Shown: in pieces, positions 26,691-39,331 of the stretch
Layout of the letters: each line of letters begins with the position of its first letter
Position numbering within the stretch: the first letter of the stretch is position 1
Source of the DNA: Mobula hypostoma
Lineage: Eukaryota
Direction of reading: 5' to 3'
Length of the DNA: 64,000 nucleotides
Assembly (NCBI RefSeq): GCF_963921235.1
Contig: NC_086118.1
Span: 23,190,001-23,254,000 of the forward strand
Notes under the pieces: model-generated
The model's database searches: none
What the model saw: the letters and a program-made list of their open reading frames with translations, nothing else
Told to the model about the DNA's origin: nothing
Position numbers and translations under genes: made by a program

Positions 26691-26905
26691 TGTAGGTTGT
26701 TGCACATAAAAAAGGTGGAGGCATATTATGTTTAAGAAAAACCATAGCAACTCATTCATTGTACTCTAAACACTAAAGACAAAGTGCAGTAAAATATACT
26801 TTATGTAATTACATCATCACCTCAGACCAGCCTCGTAAAGTGAACCCAAACTCAGTGTCAGTGGCTGTGAATTATGTACATTTCCACCAACTATATTACT
26901 TCATA
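26691..26905. mobile_element. Solo LTR, same family as 49252-49468
   Basis: Colinear with 49252-49468 (tagcaactca, ctttatgtaattac, aaagtgaa, tgtgaattatgta, caccaacta). It interrupts a CR1 that resumes at aaaggcctagatagagtgg. Confidence 0.7.
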
Positions 26906-27015
26906 GTTTAAAGGCCTAGATAGAGTGGATGTGGAGAGGATGATAGAATGATGGAGAGGACTGGATGGGCTGAGTGGCTTAATTCTGTCCCTATGTTTTA
27001 TGGTCTTACAGTCTA

Positions 27016-27850
27016 AATACAGAAAATGCTGAAAACTCTCACCAGGTCAGGCTGCATCAGTAGAAACAGAAACAGTGTTTAAGTCAAACACCTTTCATTA
27101 ACATTGATGAAAAGTTTAAATAAGTTGTTTTTAAGTTACAGAAGGTGGGGGAAAGAAAAGACAAAGGGAATATTTCAGAAAGGAAGAGGCCAGAGTTGCT
27201 GTGAGTTCAATTGGTTGATAAATTAAGGAGGGGAGTTACAGAGACATGAGACATGACAAAGGAACTGATGCTGGGTTACTTCTTGTCAGCCACTTGATTT
27301 CTCTGTTATTCCCATTCTGACCTTGTCTTATTGTCTCACGTACTGTTATAAAGAGGCCCAACTAAGGTTTAAGGAACATCATCTCATCTTCCAACTGGGT
27401 ACGTTGAAGCCTTGCAGACCTGTCATTGAAGTCAACAAGTTTGAGTAACTAGCTTTGTTCGTATCATAACTTGGCAGTTCTGCTGCATCCATTCAATCGG
27501 TTTGATTGTTCTTTTTCAACTTGCTTAGCCTGATCTGTTAAGCAATCCCCACACCTCTATGTTTCAGCACTTTGTTGCGATTTTCACATTCCTTCTTGTG
27601 GGTTTTTGCTTCAACTGAGCTCTTTCATTTATCAACCATCTTATCCCTACAACCTTGGCTTCACTCTCAGAGATATTCTCTCTGTCCCTTCCAAACATTT
27701 GCCATCCTCTTTGCAACTGAAAACCAGTTTGTTTTTTTTTTCTCTTTCCCAGTTCTGATAAAAGAATTTTAATCTGAAACATTAACTTTCTTTTTGGACA
27801 GATACTGTCTGACTGCTAATTATTTCCAGCACTCCCTGTTTCCATTTGAG
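27016..27850. mobile_element. Old inverted Penelope-like insertion with GIY-YIG C-terminal remnant
   Basis: The + arm reads RFKEHHLIFQLGTLKP..IEVNKFE* (~27365-27448) and has a decayed hammerhead agttctgataaaagaattttaatctgaaacattaact (27751-27787). A mirrored minus arm spans 27016-27280. Confidence 0.75.
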
Positions 27851-29639
27851 ACGAGGTTTTTTTTTAATTTTCAAGCAATTTCAGCTATTCTTTAGTTCTG
27901 TAGCATATTTTATTTTGTTAATGAAATAAATAAAAGGGTGTATGTTTAAAAAATCTTCCACAATTTTGGTATGCCAGTGATTGTAAATGCTTCCATTTCT
28001 TTCATTCCACTTTGACATTGGAGCTGTAATGTGATCAAAAAGCCAATTTGTACATACAATATGCAAATACAAAAACCTATTAGAAGTTATCACGATAAAA
28101 ATATTTTTTCCGTATATGTGCACTGAAGGCACGTTGATTTACAAATCTTGACTTATATTGGCATCGAATGCTACTACTGTGCCCTTTGTTTCCATCGTAG
28201 CGTAAAAGTGAAAAACTAAGATTTTATCAGTGTACTATATGTTTAGTTCTAAATTTTTGGTAGCAATTTAAGTTCCCTATTCAGCTAACAGTCATGGACT
28301 GCAGTTTTTTTTTGTCTCTAATGTCTATAAAGCCTTTTGATGAACTGCTAACTGCCAGTTATCTTGTCATTATTATCTCCTTTTTGTGATTGGAACAAAA
28401 TATGTTTCGTTTGGCTGTCTGCAGACAGACTGTCATCTGTCACAAGATGATGGTGGAGTAGGTTTTGTTTGTTAATCCACTTGGCAACACTCCAACTAAT
28501 TGGTCAAATTTTATTTGACAGAGTCACGCAGGCAGTTTACTTCAGATTGATTGTATAATTAATAACAGGATAGTCCTTCACAGATTGATTTTTGTAAAAT
28601 TGCCCGAGTCAAATTTTTTCCTTTTCTGTTAGAATTAATGTGTGAAGACCACAAGATAGAAGTTTGGTATCTTCGACTAAATCCTTAAATTTTCCCCTGA
28701 TAATTTGATTTAAAATAATACAGGTATGTTTGAATCAATGCAAATATTCTGCATAAATGACTAGTTTCACTGATGGAATCACAATTTTAAGATTACATTG
28801 ATACCTGTGCGATTAATCTGAACAGCTGTATGCTCAAATGATAGATCTTGTGCCAAGGTCTTGCTTCACAAATAACCATTGCATTGGGAACAAAAGCATT
28901 CCAGATGATCAAAATGTGAAAAACTAGTTAAGGGAAAGAACAAAGGAAAGACTATCACTTAAGCCATCATTTTCTAGGTTGTCTGTGTGTTATACTTAAA
29001 AGTTGAATTGTTGTCTTTGACTTGTCAAACTAGCTTTCATGAACTGATCCAGCAACTTTCTGAAACCCTTTTATTTGCTTTAAATTTAGTCTTATTGTTT
29101 GTTGTTATTGCAGGTTCTTAAGAATTTTCAAACAGGGTATTTTGCATGATAGTGCCAAAACCTTTATTCTTCCCCTTTTACTTGGATCATGGCTCAATGA
29201 TAACATTCTCCATTCTTAATCTAGGTCATAGGATCAAGGACCACTCCAGACACAACTGCAGTCCTGAGGGACTGTTACACTGAGATAAGTGACATCTTTC
29301 GAATGAAGCTTTCAACTGAGACACCATTTGCTCTTTCACAAAGCTGTAAATGTGTTTCATTATACTAATTGACAAATCTCAGGTCATTTCACGTAAAGAA
29401 ACTTCAAATGCAAGTTAGTGGTGATTACCTGTAAAAGTTGGAGGATTGTTTCACAGAAACATGCTCTTCGGCGCATCTAGTCCAGGCCGGAAGCATTTAA
29501 ACTGCCTGCTCCTATTCACGTGCATGGCACCCCTACTATCCATGTACCTATCCAAACTTTGCATATTTACTTAAGTCCAAAATTGAATCCCTGAATATTG
29601 TCCAGTACACTAATTCCTCTGGTTTCTTTGGCCGTACCT

Positions 29640-30294
29640 CAGGCATCCGACCTCTCCCGGAAGTTCCGGGAGTCCCCCGCATATTAATAGTGGTTCCCTG
29701 ATGCCCACAAATTATATACAATATCCCGCAAATCAAGTTTTTTGAGAGCAAGCGAGAGAGAGCGTGACAGCGACCACGAGAGAGCAAGAGAGAGAGAGAG
29801 CGAGTGTGTGAGAGAGAGAGAGCAAGAGAGTGAGCGTGAGAGCGACCACGAGAGAGAGAGAGAAAGAGCGAGTGTGAGAGAGAGAGCAAGAGAGAGTGAG
29901 CATGAGAGTGACCACGAGAGAACGAGAGAGAGAGAAAGAGCACATCATGGCAGTGTTCCAAAAAAAGAAAATATAAAACATACGTCACCCCAGACTACAC
30001 TAAAGTGTACCCCTGCCTAATAGGGGTCAAAAATAATGACAGTGTTGCTCGCTGCACTGTTTGCAACGGTTACTTTTCTATTGCCTATGATGGGTTAAGA
30101 CTGTAAAAGACATGTTGAGGTGAGTTTAACAGTTGTCATTCGTTCATTAGCATAGCTAACATTATTTAAACTAGCTGGCTAGCTGCTAAGGAGCTACAGT
30201 GCAGACATCCCATCTCTCCCGGAAGTTCCAGGAGTCTCCTGCAAATTGATGGTGCTACCTCCCTGAAATGAGTTTTTGCAGGGTGGGATGTCTG
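29640..30294. mobile_element. Non-autonomous TIR DNA transposon (CAGACATCCCACC termini; hAT-like), composite
   Basis: caggcatccgacc at 29640 and gggtgggatgtctg ending 30294. A second left end starts at 30202. Homologous in reverse to 43156-46347. Flanks gtacct/gtgtct. Confidence 0.75.
29743..29940. repeat. Compound (GA)n microsatellite with higher-order repeat
   Basis: GA runs punctuated by recurring gaccacgagag, gagcgagtgtg and gcaagagag. Gives low-complexity RE/SL pseudo-ORFs. Confidence 0.9.
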
Positions 30295-30659
30295 GTGTCT
30301 TTGCTTTCCTCACCACTGATGCTGTGGTCTTCAGTCTCTGCCTATGTCTCGGGAGTTGAGCTATCATGCAGCAGTTCTGCTGGCAACTCATTCCACACTC
30401 TCACAGCCCTCTGAGTGAAAACGTTTCCCCTCACATTCCCCTTGAAACTTTTCACATTTCACCCTTAACCCATTACCTCTGGTTGTAGTCCCACCTGTAG
30501 TTTCCAGTCTTAACGAGTAATCTATCAACTGTTCTGGAACCACCTTGGGGAAGTGAAAAGCTGCTTCAGAAATGTACTTTTGCAAAAATTCACTATCACT
30601 ATCCTTGGTCAAATGCATACCGAAGGATAAAGCTGTACTGTTTGAAATAAAGACTTGAG

Positions 30660-30970
30660 GCACAGACAAACAGGAGCAGGAGCAGATAAGTCCCCAGGCT
30701 CCTCCAGCCTCTCCCATAGTACAATATGGTCATGGCTGATTTATGCCTCAAATAGCCTCAACTCCTCTTCAGCGCCAGTTTCCCATAATTCTTAATTCCT
30801 TCATCTTTCAAATAATGATCTATATCAGCTTTAGATATTTTTAATAATTAGACCTCCATCTCTCAGGGACAGAGAATTCCAGAGATGCACTACCCTTTGT
30901 AAGAAGAGATTTTTGTGCACCTCGGTTTTAAGTGACTGGCCCTTATTTTGGAACTGTGTTCCCTTGTTCT
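30660..30970 (-). mobile_element. CR1 3' end remnant
   Basis: caatatggtcatggctgat..cagagaattccagagatgcactaccctttgtaagaagagattt is similar to 35780-35970. Confidence 0.65.
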
Positions 30971-31953
30971 CATCCTGTCAAGTTCACGTAGGGTCATCCT
31001 GGAAATGGTGTACATTCCACCTCTGCTGGCACTGTAAGAGCTAATCATTATGATCAATAGTCACGAGATGGTGCACCCTTGATACCTTCTTCAACACTGC
31101 AGGGGACTTCAACCTGGCCAGCTTGAAGAAGTCTCGGACAAACCACCACCAACATGTCACCTGGGGAACCAGAGGCACCAACACACTCGGTTATTGTTAA
31201 GCCATCGTCAAGAAACCTTACTGTGCCCCCTGCACTGGCTGTACTTCAATTCCCGGCACATAGGCAAAGATTGAAGACCACAGCATCAGTGGTGAGGAAA
31301 GCAAAGATATAGGCCAAGGAAGCCAGAGGAGTCAGTGGACTGGACAATATTCAGGGATTCATTTTTGCATTTGAATGAATATCACCAATTTTATCAAGAC
31401 TCATGTGGATGAATGTGTGCCCTCGAGAACATACCACGTTTCCCCAAACCAGATACACCAAGAAATTTACAGTCTGCTCGGGGCTACATCTGTGGTGTTC
31501 AAGACTGTCATCCAAAACCCTACAAAAAATCCAGGTACAACCTACAGAGGGCGTTGTGAGAGTGTAAAAGCAAATCTCTATGAAATTATGACAGAATTGG
31601 ATGCACGGCGGCTATGGCGGAGTTTGCATGCCATTATGTCCTATAAGACAAAACTAAGCACCATAAATGCAGTGATTCTTCAATCCCTGATGCTTTGAAA
31701 GGCAGAATAACACTACACCTGTGTGTTTCAGTGATCTCTGTCTTGAAGGCCAATGTCAGAAAATCCTTCATGAGGGTGATCCCTTGCAAGATGTCAGGAC
31801 CCAATGGTGTACCTGGCAGCATATTGGAAGCCTGTGCTGACCAGCAGAGCAGCCATCATACTAGTGCTGAAGAACAGCAGGGTGAGGGGCCTCAGTTACT
31901 ATCGACCAGTAGCACTTGTGACTTCTGTGATGAAGTGCATTGAGAGGTTGGTT

Positions 31954-32266
31954 TTATATAGGCATCCGTTAGTCTCAAGAGACCATGGATTTGCGCCTGG
32001 AAAGTTTCCAGGGTGCAGGCCTGGGCAAGGTTGTATGGAAGACTGGCAGTTGTCCATGCTGCAAGTCTCCCCTCTCCACGCCACCGATGTTGTCCAAGGG
32101 AAGGGCATTAGAACCCATACAGCTTGGCACCAGTGTCGTCGCAGAGCAATGTGTGGTTAAGTGCCTTGCTCAAGGACACCCACGCTGCCTCAGCCAAGGC
32201 TCGAACCAGCGACCTTCAAATCACTAGACGAACGCCTTAACCACTTGGCCACGCGCCAACACAAGG
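31954..32266 (-). mobile_element. Young tRNA-derived SINE
   Basis: Minus strand has A box TGGCCAAGTGG, B box GGTTCGAGCC, then gtgtccttgagcaaggcacttaacc. 10-bp TSD gaggttggtt at 31944-53 and 32267-76. CpG-rich. Confidence 0.9.
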
Positions 32267-32529
32267 GAGGTTGGTTATGACTAGAATTAACTCCTGCTGG
32301 AGCAAGGGCCTACCGCTGCAACAGGTCCACGATGGATGCAGTTGCTCTGGACTTCCATTCTGCTGTGGTGCATGGAGATAATAACCAAACATACATCAGA
32401 CTGATGTATATTGATTATAGTTCAATGTTCAATACCTTCATCCCTCAGTATTGATCACAAAACTTCTAAATTTGGGGTTTCTGCATCTCCCTCTGCAACT
32501 GGATCCTCAACTTACTCATCAGGAGACAT

Positions 32530-33070
32530 CAAAGTTCAATTTCAAAGTTCATTTACTATCAAAGTATACAATCTTGAGATTAATCTTCTTGCAGCAGCCA
32601 CAAGAAAAGAAACAGAATAGAATCCATGAAGAAACCCACACAACAAAGATAGTCAACCATCCAATGAGCGAGAAAAGAATAAATCATGCCAGCAATAAAA
32701 GTGAGCCAGTTCGGTGCTGAGGTGAGTGTAGCCCATCCAGGAGTCGGCCATAGTTGCAGAGTCAGGTCAGCACTGTTGTGAGTCAAGTCTTACGAAATAG
32801 TGAGCTGGACACTGGTTTGTCCTTTGCCTTCGGCCTTGACTCCTTAATCCTTTTAATCTGACTCCTTGCCTAAATCAGCTAAACATCAGTTCGCTTATTA
32901 CTCTTAGGCCAGTGGGATGCCACTTCAATATGGCCCGAAGTTTTAATCCAGCCTGAAGTCCACTCCAGCAATGGTAGCACGACTGTACTTGAATCTTTGA
33001 GAGTCCAGTTCGCCAAATTCAAGATACCACAAAAAAAAACGCCAAGTTGTACAGATATTTCTAAAGTACA
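32530..33070 (-). mobile_element. Retroposon of the (ctttgaa)n-tail family
   Basis: ttcaaagttcatttactatcaaagtatacaatcttgagatt..gcagccacaag is the reverse complement of the 7090-7188 type tail. The 5' boundary is approximate. Confidence 0.6.
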
Positions 33071-33307
33071 GTTCCCTCTCCTCCTCTCTGACGGTCAACA
33101 CAGGCGACTCTCAAGGATGCGTGCTTACGCACTGCTCTATGCTCGCTTTTCTTATAACTAAGAGCAATTCAAATGCCATCTATAAATTCACAGATAATAC
33201 TACTGTTGTCGGTAGAATTTCAGATTGTGATGAAGATTATACAAGTGAGTTAGAAATTCAAAGAAATTCATCCTGTGTACGCGGCCATGTTCTTTTGATT
33301 GACTATG

Positions 33308-33603
33308 CCACGGTAGTGTAACGGTTAGTGCAATGGTATTGCAGCTTGGAGCATTCGGGAATTTAGTGTTCAGGTCCGGTGCCCTTCTCTAAGGAGTTTC
33401 TGTACGTCCTCCCCATGTGTGGGTTTTCTCTGGGTCCTCCAGTTTCCACCCATAGTCCGAAGACATAACTGATAGGTTATTTGGTCATTTTAAATTGTCC
33501 CGTGATTAGGTTATTTAAGTTTGTTGATTTCTGGAGTGACGTGGCTCAAAGGGCTGGAAGGGCCACTGTGCGCTGTATCGGTAAATAAATAAATAAAATA
33601 AAA
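33308..33603 (+). mobile_element. V-SINE (HE1-like)
   Basis: ccacggtagtgtaacggttag head, core aaggagtttctgtacgtcctcccc..gggttttctctgggtcctccagtttcc..ccgaagac, and (aaat)n tail. Confidence 0.75.
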
Positions 33604-33719
33604 TCGGTATCGATACCTAGTGCTGGTAACAAGTTGCCTTCATACAATTTTTTTGACAACTGCATTCTTTCAATCTTCATTTTCATTGTAACATTCAAAA
33701 TGATTCTCGATACCTTCAC

Positions 33720-34159
33720 ATTCTTCATAGTTCCTAAGTAGTGAAGTCATTTTATTTTCACTCCTGGCTGTTTCTGGCATCTCTAAACCCGAAAGCTTAA
33801 AACCACTGTGAATTATTTTACCATTCAAAACCATTCTGAATTGCATTACTACTTATTTCTTGCCAAATATCAGCGACAAAAATCACTACTTTTTGAATAC
33901 AAACACATGCAACTGCTGCTGTTTAAAAACTTTGCACAAGGATGGGGTAGTGACTAGTGGCCACGCCAGTGTACACGACTGGCACTAGTTAGAAACTGTT
34001 GGACAACAGTTTCCTGTCACAATTAAATGGCATATTGTCGCAAATAAATGAAGGCAATCCCGTCTATTTTCTCAAATTAGATTTTGTTTTTTTATGATTT
34101 GTCCCAAAAAAACGCAGCTGCCACGATTAACCGATGGTCCAATTAACTGGAATCCACTA
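33720..34159. mobile_element. Possible pogo/Tigger-like MITE remnant (one end)
   Basis: Terminus ..gattaaccgatggtccaattaactggaatccacta followed by TA. The partner TIR was not found. Confidence 0.35.
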
Positions 34160-34939
34160 TAATAATTTTTAGTTTGGTGTAATTAAGGGGGTGAATGTGC
34201 TATATGTTAGTAAACAATGTCTAGTTTGTTAGTAGTATAACAAAAGACATTTATCTTATAGAAATATAAATAACACTGGCAAGAGTTGTTGTGTTCCAGT
34301 AATAACTATGTTCAGCTTCTTAGCTTAGGCTTTTGATCTCTTATCAGTAAAAAAAAATTCAATTTTGGCATCATTTATTTGTGGCAAGGCAGTAGGCAAC
34401 AAAATCCTTTGAGGCAGAACTTGCTATTATCACTTCTAGCAACTCTATAAATTTTAGCAAGTGATCTGCAAATTGAACATAAACCACTGAGAATGTGAAT
34501 TTTTTGGCACTTTAAGTTCTGTAAACCAGTTGATGGATTATTCAAGTGGATCTAGTATTTCTATGATTAGCTCTGTGTTTGAGTTGGCAGTATTGAAAAT
34601 GCAGCTTAAATTCGTACTTGTTCTGTCCTTTAAATGACACTACTTGCAGTGGGTTAATTATTTGTGTTACTAGAAGTTCAACTACCCTGGCTTTAGCCCA
34701 TTCCAAAAGTTTATTTCAGAGATCTACAAAGACATCTATTCTTGTAGTATTCTATAATCTATATGCAGTTTTCACCATTTTTCATTTCTGGTTAAACAAA
34801 AAATTGACTAATTTGAGAATATACTTATCAAATAAAAAAATAAAACACATTATACTTCACATTTCACTGTGACCAACGTTGTTTGTAGAAAAAACTAAGA
34901 GACATTGAAATGTTTTAAATTAACATTTTTCTTTCAGTT

Positions 34940-35185
34940 GGGGCAGCATGGCCGGGTAAGCAGTTAGTATAATGCTTTTACAGAGCCAGCAACCTGGGTT
35001 TATTTCCCACTTCTGTCTGTAAAGAGTTTGTATGTTCTCCCCGTGACCAAGTGTGTTTCTCCAGTTTCCTCCCACATTCCAAAGATGTACGGGTCAGTAG
35101 GTTAATTAGTTACATGGGTGTAATTGTCGGCATGAGTTCATTGGGCCAGAAGGGGCTGCTAGTATGTTATATCTCTCAATAAAAC
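34940..35185 (+). mobile_element. V-SINE (HE1-like)
   Basis: V-domain core gagtttgtatgttctccccgtgacc..ccagtttcctcccacattccaaagatgtacggg. Confidence 0.8.
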
Positions 35186-35534
35186 AATGTTATCTGTAAT
35201 TAGAATTAATGTTATTTTGAACATTCTGTTTATTTTCCTTGAATTTAAGATTAAAAGTTTACAACTGGATCCTGTCTTATGATCTAAAAAACTTCCGTCC
35301 GATGGCACTTACTAAAAAATCCCATTGAGCCCCAGAAAATGGCCACATCAAATAAATAATGATAAGAAATCAAGGGATAGTAAAGAATTGTGAAGCGTAG
35401 ATAATGAATAGATACACAAAATTGCATTTGTATACTAACCATCACATCCACAAGCCATTGCTAGTGCTATGAGATTCTTTTGAAGTGTAGTCACTAGTGT
35501 AATATGGATATATGTTACACCAAAAATATGTTAC

Positions 35535-38500
35535 AGCAGGAGTGAAAGGGTTATCATACGAGGAATGTTTGATGGCTCTGGGTCTGTACTCGCTGGAATT
35601 TAGAAGGTTGAGGGGGATCTCATTGAAACCTTTTGAATGTTGAAAGGCCTAGACAGAGTAGATGTGGAAAGGATGTTGCCCATGATGGGAGAGTCTAGGA
35701 CAAGAGGGCACGCACTCAGGATAGAACATAGAAAATAGGTGCAGGAGTAGGCCATTCGGCCCTTCGAGCCTGCACCGCCATTTATTATGATCATGGCTGA
35801 TCATCCAACTCAGAACCCCGCCCCAGCCTTCCCTCCATACCCTCTGACCCCCGTAGCCACAAGGGCCATATCTAACTCCCTCTTAAATATAGCCAATGAA
35901 CTGGCCTCAACAGTTTCCTGTGGCAGAGAATTCCACAGATTCACCACTCTCTGTGTGAAGAAGTTTTTCCTAATCTCGGTCCTAAAAGGCTTCCCCTCTA
36001 TCCTCAAACTGTGACCCCTCGTTCTGGACTTCCCCAACATCGGGAACAATCTTACTGCATCTAGCCTGTCCAATCCCTTTAGGATCTTGTACGTTTCAGT
36101 CAGATCCCCCCTCAATCTTCTAAATTCCAACGAGTACAAGCCCAATTCATCCAGTCTTTCTTCATATGAAAGTCCTGCCAACCCAGGAATCAATCTGGTG
36201 AACCTTCTTTGTACTCCCTCTATGGCAAAGATGTCTTTCCACAATTAGGGGACCAAAACTGCACACAATACTCCCAGGTGTGGTCTCACCAAGGCCTTGT
36301 ACAACTGCAGTAGTACCTCCCTGCTCCTGTACTCGAATCCTCTCGCTATAAATGCCAGCATACCATTCGCCTTTTTCACCGCCTGCTGTACCTGCATGCC
36401 CACTTTCAATGACTGGTGTATAATGACACCCAGGTCTCGTTGCACCTCCCCTTTTCCTAATCGGCCACCATTCAGATAATGATCTGTTTTCCTATTTTTG
36501 CCACCAAAGTGGATAACTTCACATTTAGCCACATTAAATTGCATCTGCCATGAATTTGCCCACTCACCCAACCTATCCAAGTCACCCTGCATCCTCTTGG
36601 CATCCTCCTCACTGCTAACACTGCCACCCAGCTTCGTGTCATCCGCAAACTTGGAGATGCTGCATTTAATTCCCTCATCCAAGTCATTAATATATATTGT
36701 AAACAACTGGGGTCCCAGCACTGAGCCTTGCGGTACCCCACTAGTCACCGCCTGCCATTCTGAAAAGGTCCCGTTTATTCCCACTCTTTGCTTCCTGTCT
36801 GCTAACCAATTCTCCACCCACACCAATACCTTACCCCCAATACCGTGTGCTTTAAGTTTGCACACTAATCTCCTGTGTGGGACCTTGTCAAAAGCCTTTT
36901 GAAAATCCAAATATACCACATCCACTGGTTCTCCCCATCCACTCTACTAGTTACATCCTCAAAAATTTCTATGAGATTCGTCAGACATGATTTTCCTTTC
37001 ACAAATCCATGCTGACTTTGTCCGATCATTTCACCGCTCTCCAAATGTGCTGCTATCACATCCTTGATAACTGACTCCAGCAGTTTCCCCACCACCGACT
37101 TTAGGCTAACCGGTCTATAATTCCCTGGTTTCTCTCTCCCTCCTTTTTTAAAAAGTGGAGTTACATTAGCCACCCTCCAATCCTCAGGAACTAGTCCAGA
37201 ATCTAACGAGTTTTGAAAAATTATCACTAATGCATCCACTATTTCTTGGGCTACTTCTTTAAGCACTCTAGGATGCAGACCATCTGGCCCTGGGGATTTA
37301 TCTGCCTTCAATCCCTTCAATTTACCTAACACCACTTCCCTACTAACATGTATTTCGCTCAGTTCCTCCATCTCACTGGACCCTCTGTCCCTTACTATTT
37401 CTGGAAGATTATTTATGTCCTCCTTAGTGAAGACAGAACCAAAGTAATTATTCAATTGGTCTGCCATGTCCTTTCTCCCCATAATCAATTCACCTGTTTC
37501 TGTCTGCAGGGGACCTACATTTGTCTTTACCAGTCTTTTCCTTTTTACATATCTATAAAAGCTTTTACTGTCCATTTTTATGTTCCCTGCCAGTTTTCTC
37601 TCATAATCTTTTTTCCCCATCCTAATTAAGCCCTTTGTCCTCCTCTGCTGAACTCTGAATTTCTCCCAGTCCTCAGGTGAGCCACTTTCTCTGGCTAATT
37701 TGTATGCTTCTTCTTTGGAATTGATACTATCCCTAATTTCTCTTGTCAGCCACACCCGGGTGCACTACCTTCCTTGATTTATTCTTTTGCCAAACTGGGA
37801 TGAACAATTGTTGTAGTTCATCCATGCAACCTTTAAATGCTTGCCATTGCATATCCACCGTCAATCCTTTAAGTGTCATTTGCCAGTCTATCTTAGCTAA
37901 TTCACGTCTCATACCTTCAAAGTTACCCCTCTTTAAGTTCAGAACCTTTGTTTCTGAATTAACTATGTCACTCTCCATCTAAATGAAGAATTCCACCATA
38001 TTATGGTCACTCTTACCCAAGGGGCCTCTCACGACAAGATCGCTAATTAACCCTTCCTCATTGCTCAAAACCCAGTCCAGAATAGCCTGCTCTCTAGTTG
38101 GTTCCTCGACATGTTGGTTCAAAAAACCATCCGGCATACATTCCAAGAAATCCTCTTCCTCAGCACCTTTACCAATTTGGTTCACCCAGTCTACATGTAG
38201 ATTGAAGTCACCCAGTATAACTGCTGTTCCTTTATTGCACACATTTCTAATTTCCTGTTTAATACCATCTCCGACCTCACTACTACTGTTAGGTGGCCTG
38301 TACACAACTCCCACCAGCGTCTTCTGCCCCTTGGTCTTACGCAGCTCTACCCATATCGATTCCACATCTTCCCGGCTTATGTCCTTCCTTTCTATTGCGT
38401 TAATCTCTTCTTTAACCAGCAACGCCACCCCACCTCCCCTTCCTTCATGTCTATCCCTCCTGAATATTGAATATCCCTGAACGTTGAGCTCCCATCCCTG

Positions 38501-39331
38501 GTCACCCTGGAGCCATGTCTCTGTGATCCCAACTATATCATAATCATTAATAACAATCTGCACTTTCAATTCATCCACCTTATTATGAATGCTCCTTGCA
38601 TTGACACATAAAGCCTTCAGGCGCTCTTTTACAACTCTCTTAGCCCTTGTACAATTATGTTGAAAAGTGGCCCTTTTTAATGCTTGCCCTGGATTTGTCG
38701 GCCTGCCACTTTTACTTTTCTCCTTTGTACTTTTTGCTTCTACCTTCACTTTACACCCCTCTGTCTCTCTGCACTGGTTCCCATCCCTCTGTTGTGAACT
38801 AACCTCCTCACGCCTAGCCTCTTTAATTTGATTCCCACCCCCCAACCATTCTAGTTTAAAGTCACCTCAGGAGCCCCCGCTAATCTCCCTGCCAGGATAT
38901 TGGTCCCCCTAGGATTCAAGTGTAACCCGTCCTTTTTGTACAGGTCACGCCTGTGCCAAAAGAGGTCCCAATGATCCAAAAACTTGAATCTCTGCCCCCT
39001 GCTCCAATCCCTCAGCCACGCATTTATCCTCCACCTCATCGCAGAGATAGAGAGGCGCCCTTTCAAAATTGAGATGTGGAGTAATTTGTTTAGCCAAAGT
39101 TGTGGTGAATTTGTGGAATTTGTCGCCACATGCTACTGTGGAGGCCGGGTCGGGTGTATTTAAGGTAGAGATTGATAGGGTCTTGACTGGACATGGCATA
39201 AAAGGTTAGGAGGAGAAGGCCGGGAACTGGGGTTGAGGAAGAGATAGAAAGAAAGGATCAGCCATGATTGAATGGTAGAGCAGACTCGATGGGCCAGATG
39301 GTCTAATTCTGCTCCTATATCTTATGGTCAT
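35535..39331 (+). mobile_element. CR1 3' fragment split by the minus-strand CR1 (pieces 35535-35725 and 39046-39331)
   Basis: ..gagggcacgcactcaggataga|gaggcgccctttcaaaattgag.. rejoins as a contiguous CR1 end homologous to 53750-54217. Confidence 0.85.
35726..39045 (-). mobile_element. Young CR1 LINE, 5'-truncated in ORF1, with full-span but disrupted ORF2 (APE endonuclease + RT)
   Basis: ORF1 esterase-like end (DGLHLNPRG). APE motifs CVNARSI, GITETW, GVVYRPP, GDFN, SDHN. RT motifs DFQKAFDKVPH, GVPQGSVLGP, KFADD. One in-frame stop at ~37980 and frameshifts near 37755, 36925 and 36275. ttctatg-type tail; gataga TSD at 35720-25 and 39046-51. Confidence 0.97.

Larger units (their letters stand above)
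25265..27008 (+). mobile_element. Degenerate CR1 RT region interrupted by two insertions
   Basis: PEDWKIAIVTPL, (S)LTNLLEF, DFQKAFDKVPH-like DNA (gatttcagaaggcttttgacaaggtgccacat) and LALERAQRRFMRIIPG. Insertions lie at ~26030-26373 and 26691-26905. Confidence 0.85.
31050..33250 (+). mobile_element. Decayed Rex1-like LINE (endonuclease to RT) with nested insertions
   Basis: AGDFNLASLK (gcaggggacttcaacctggcc), YRPVALVTSVMKCIERLV and IYKFTDNTTVVGRISD. Interrupted at 31954-32266 and ~32530-33070. Confidence 0.8.

Noticed and set aside
29548..30020. ORFs of 82-146 aa
   Set aside because: They are translations of the GA/TC microsatellite inside a non-autonomous transposon.
32195..32262. tRNA gene
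   Set aside because: It has A and B boxes but no complete acceptor stem, and it is the head of a TSD-flanked SINE.
37983..38480. 165-aa + strand ORF and similar shadows over CR1/Rex1 copies
   Set aside because: These are antisense shadows of LINE ORF2 with no independent coding signal.
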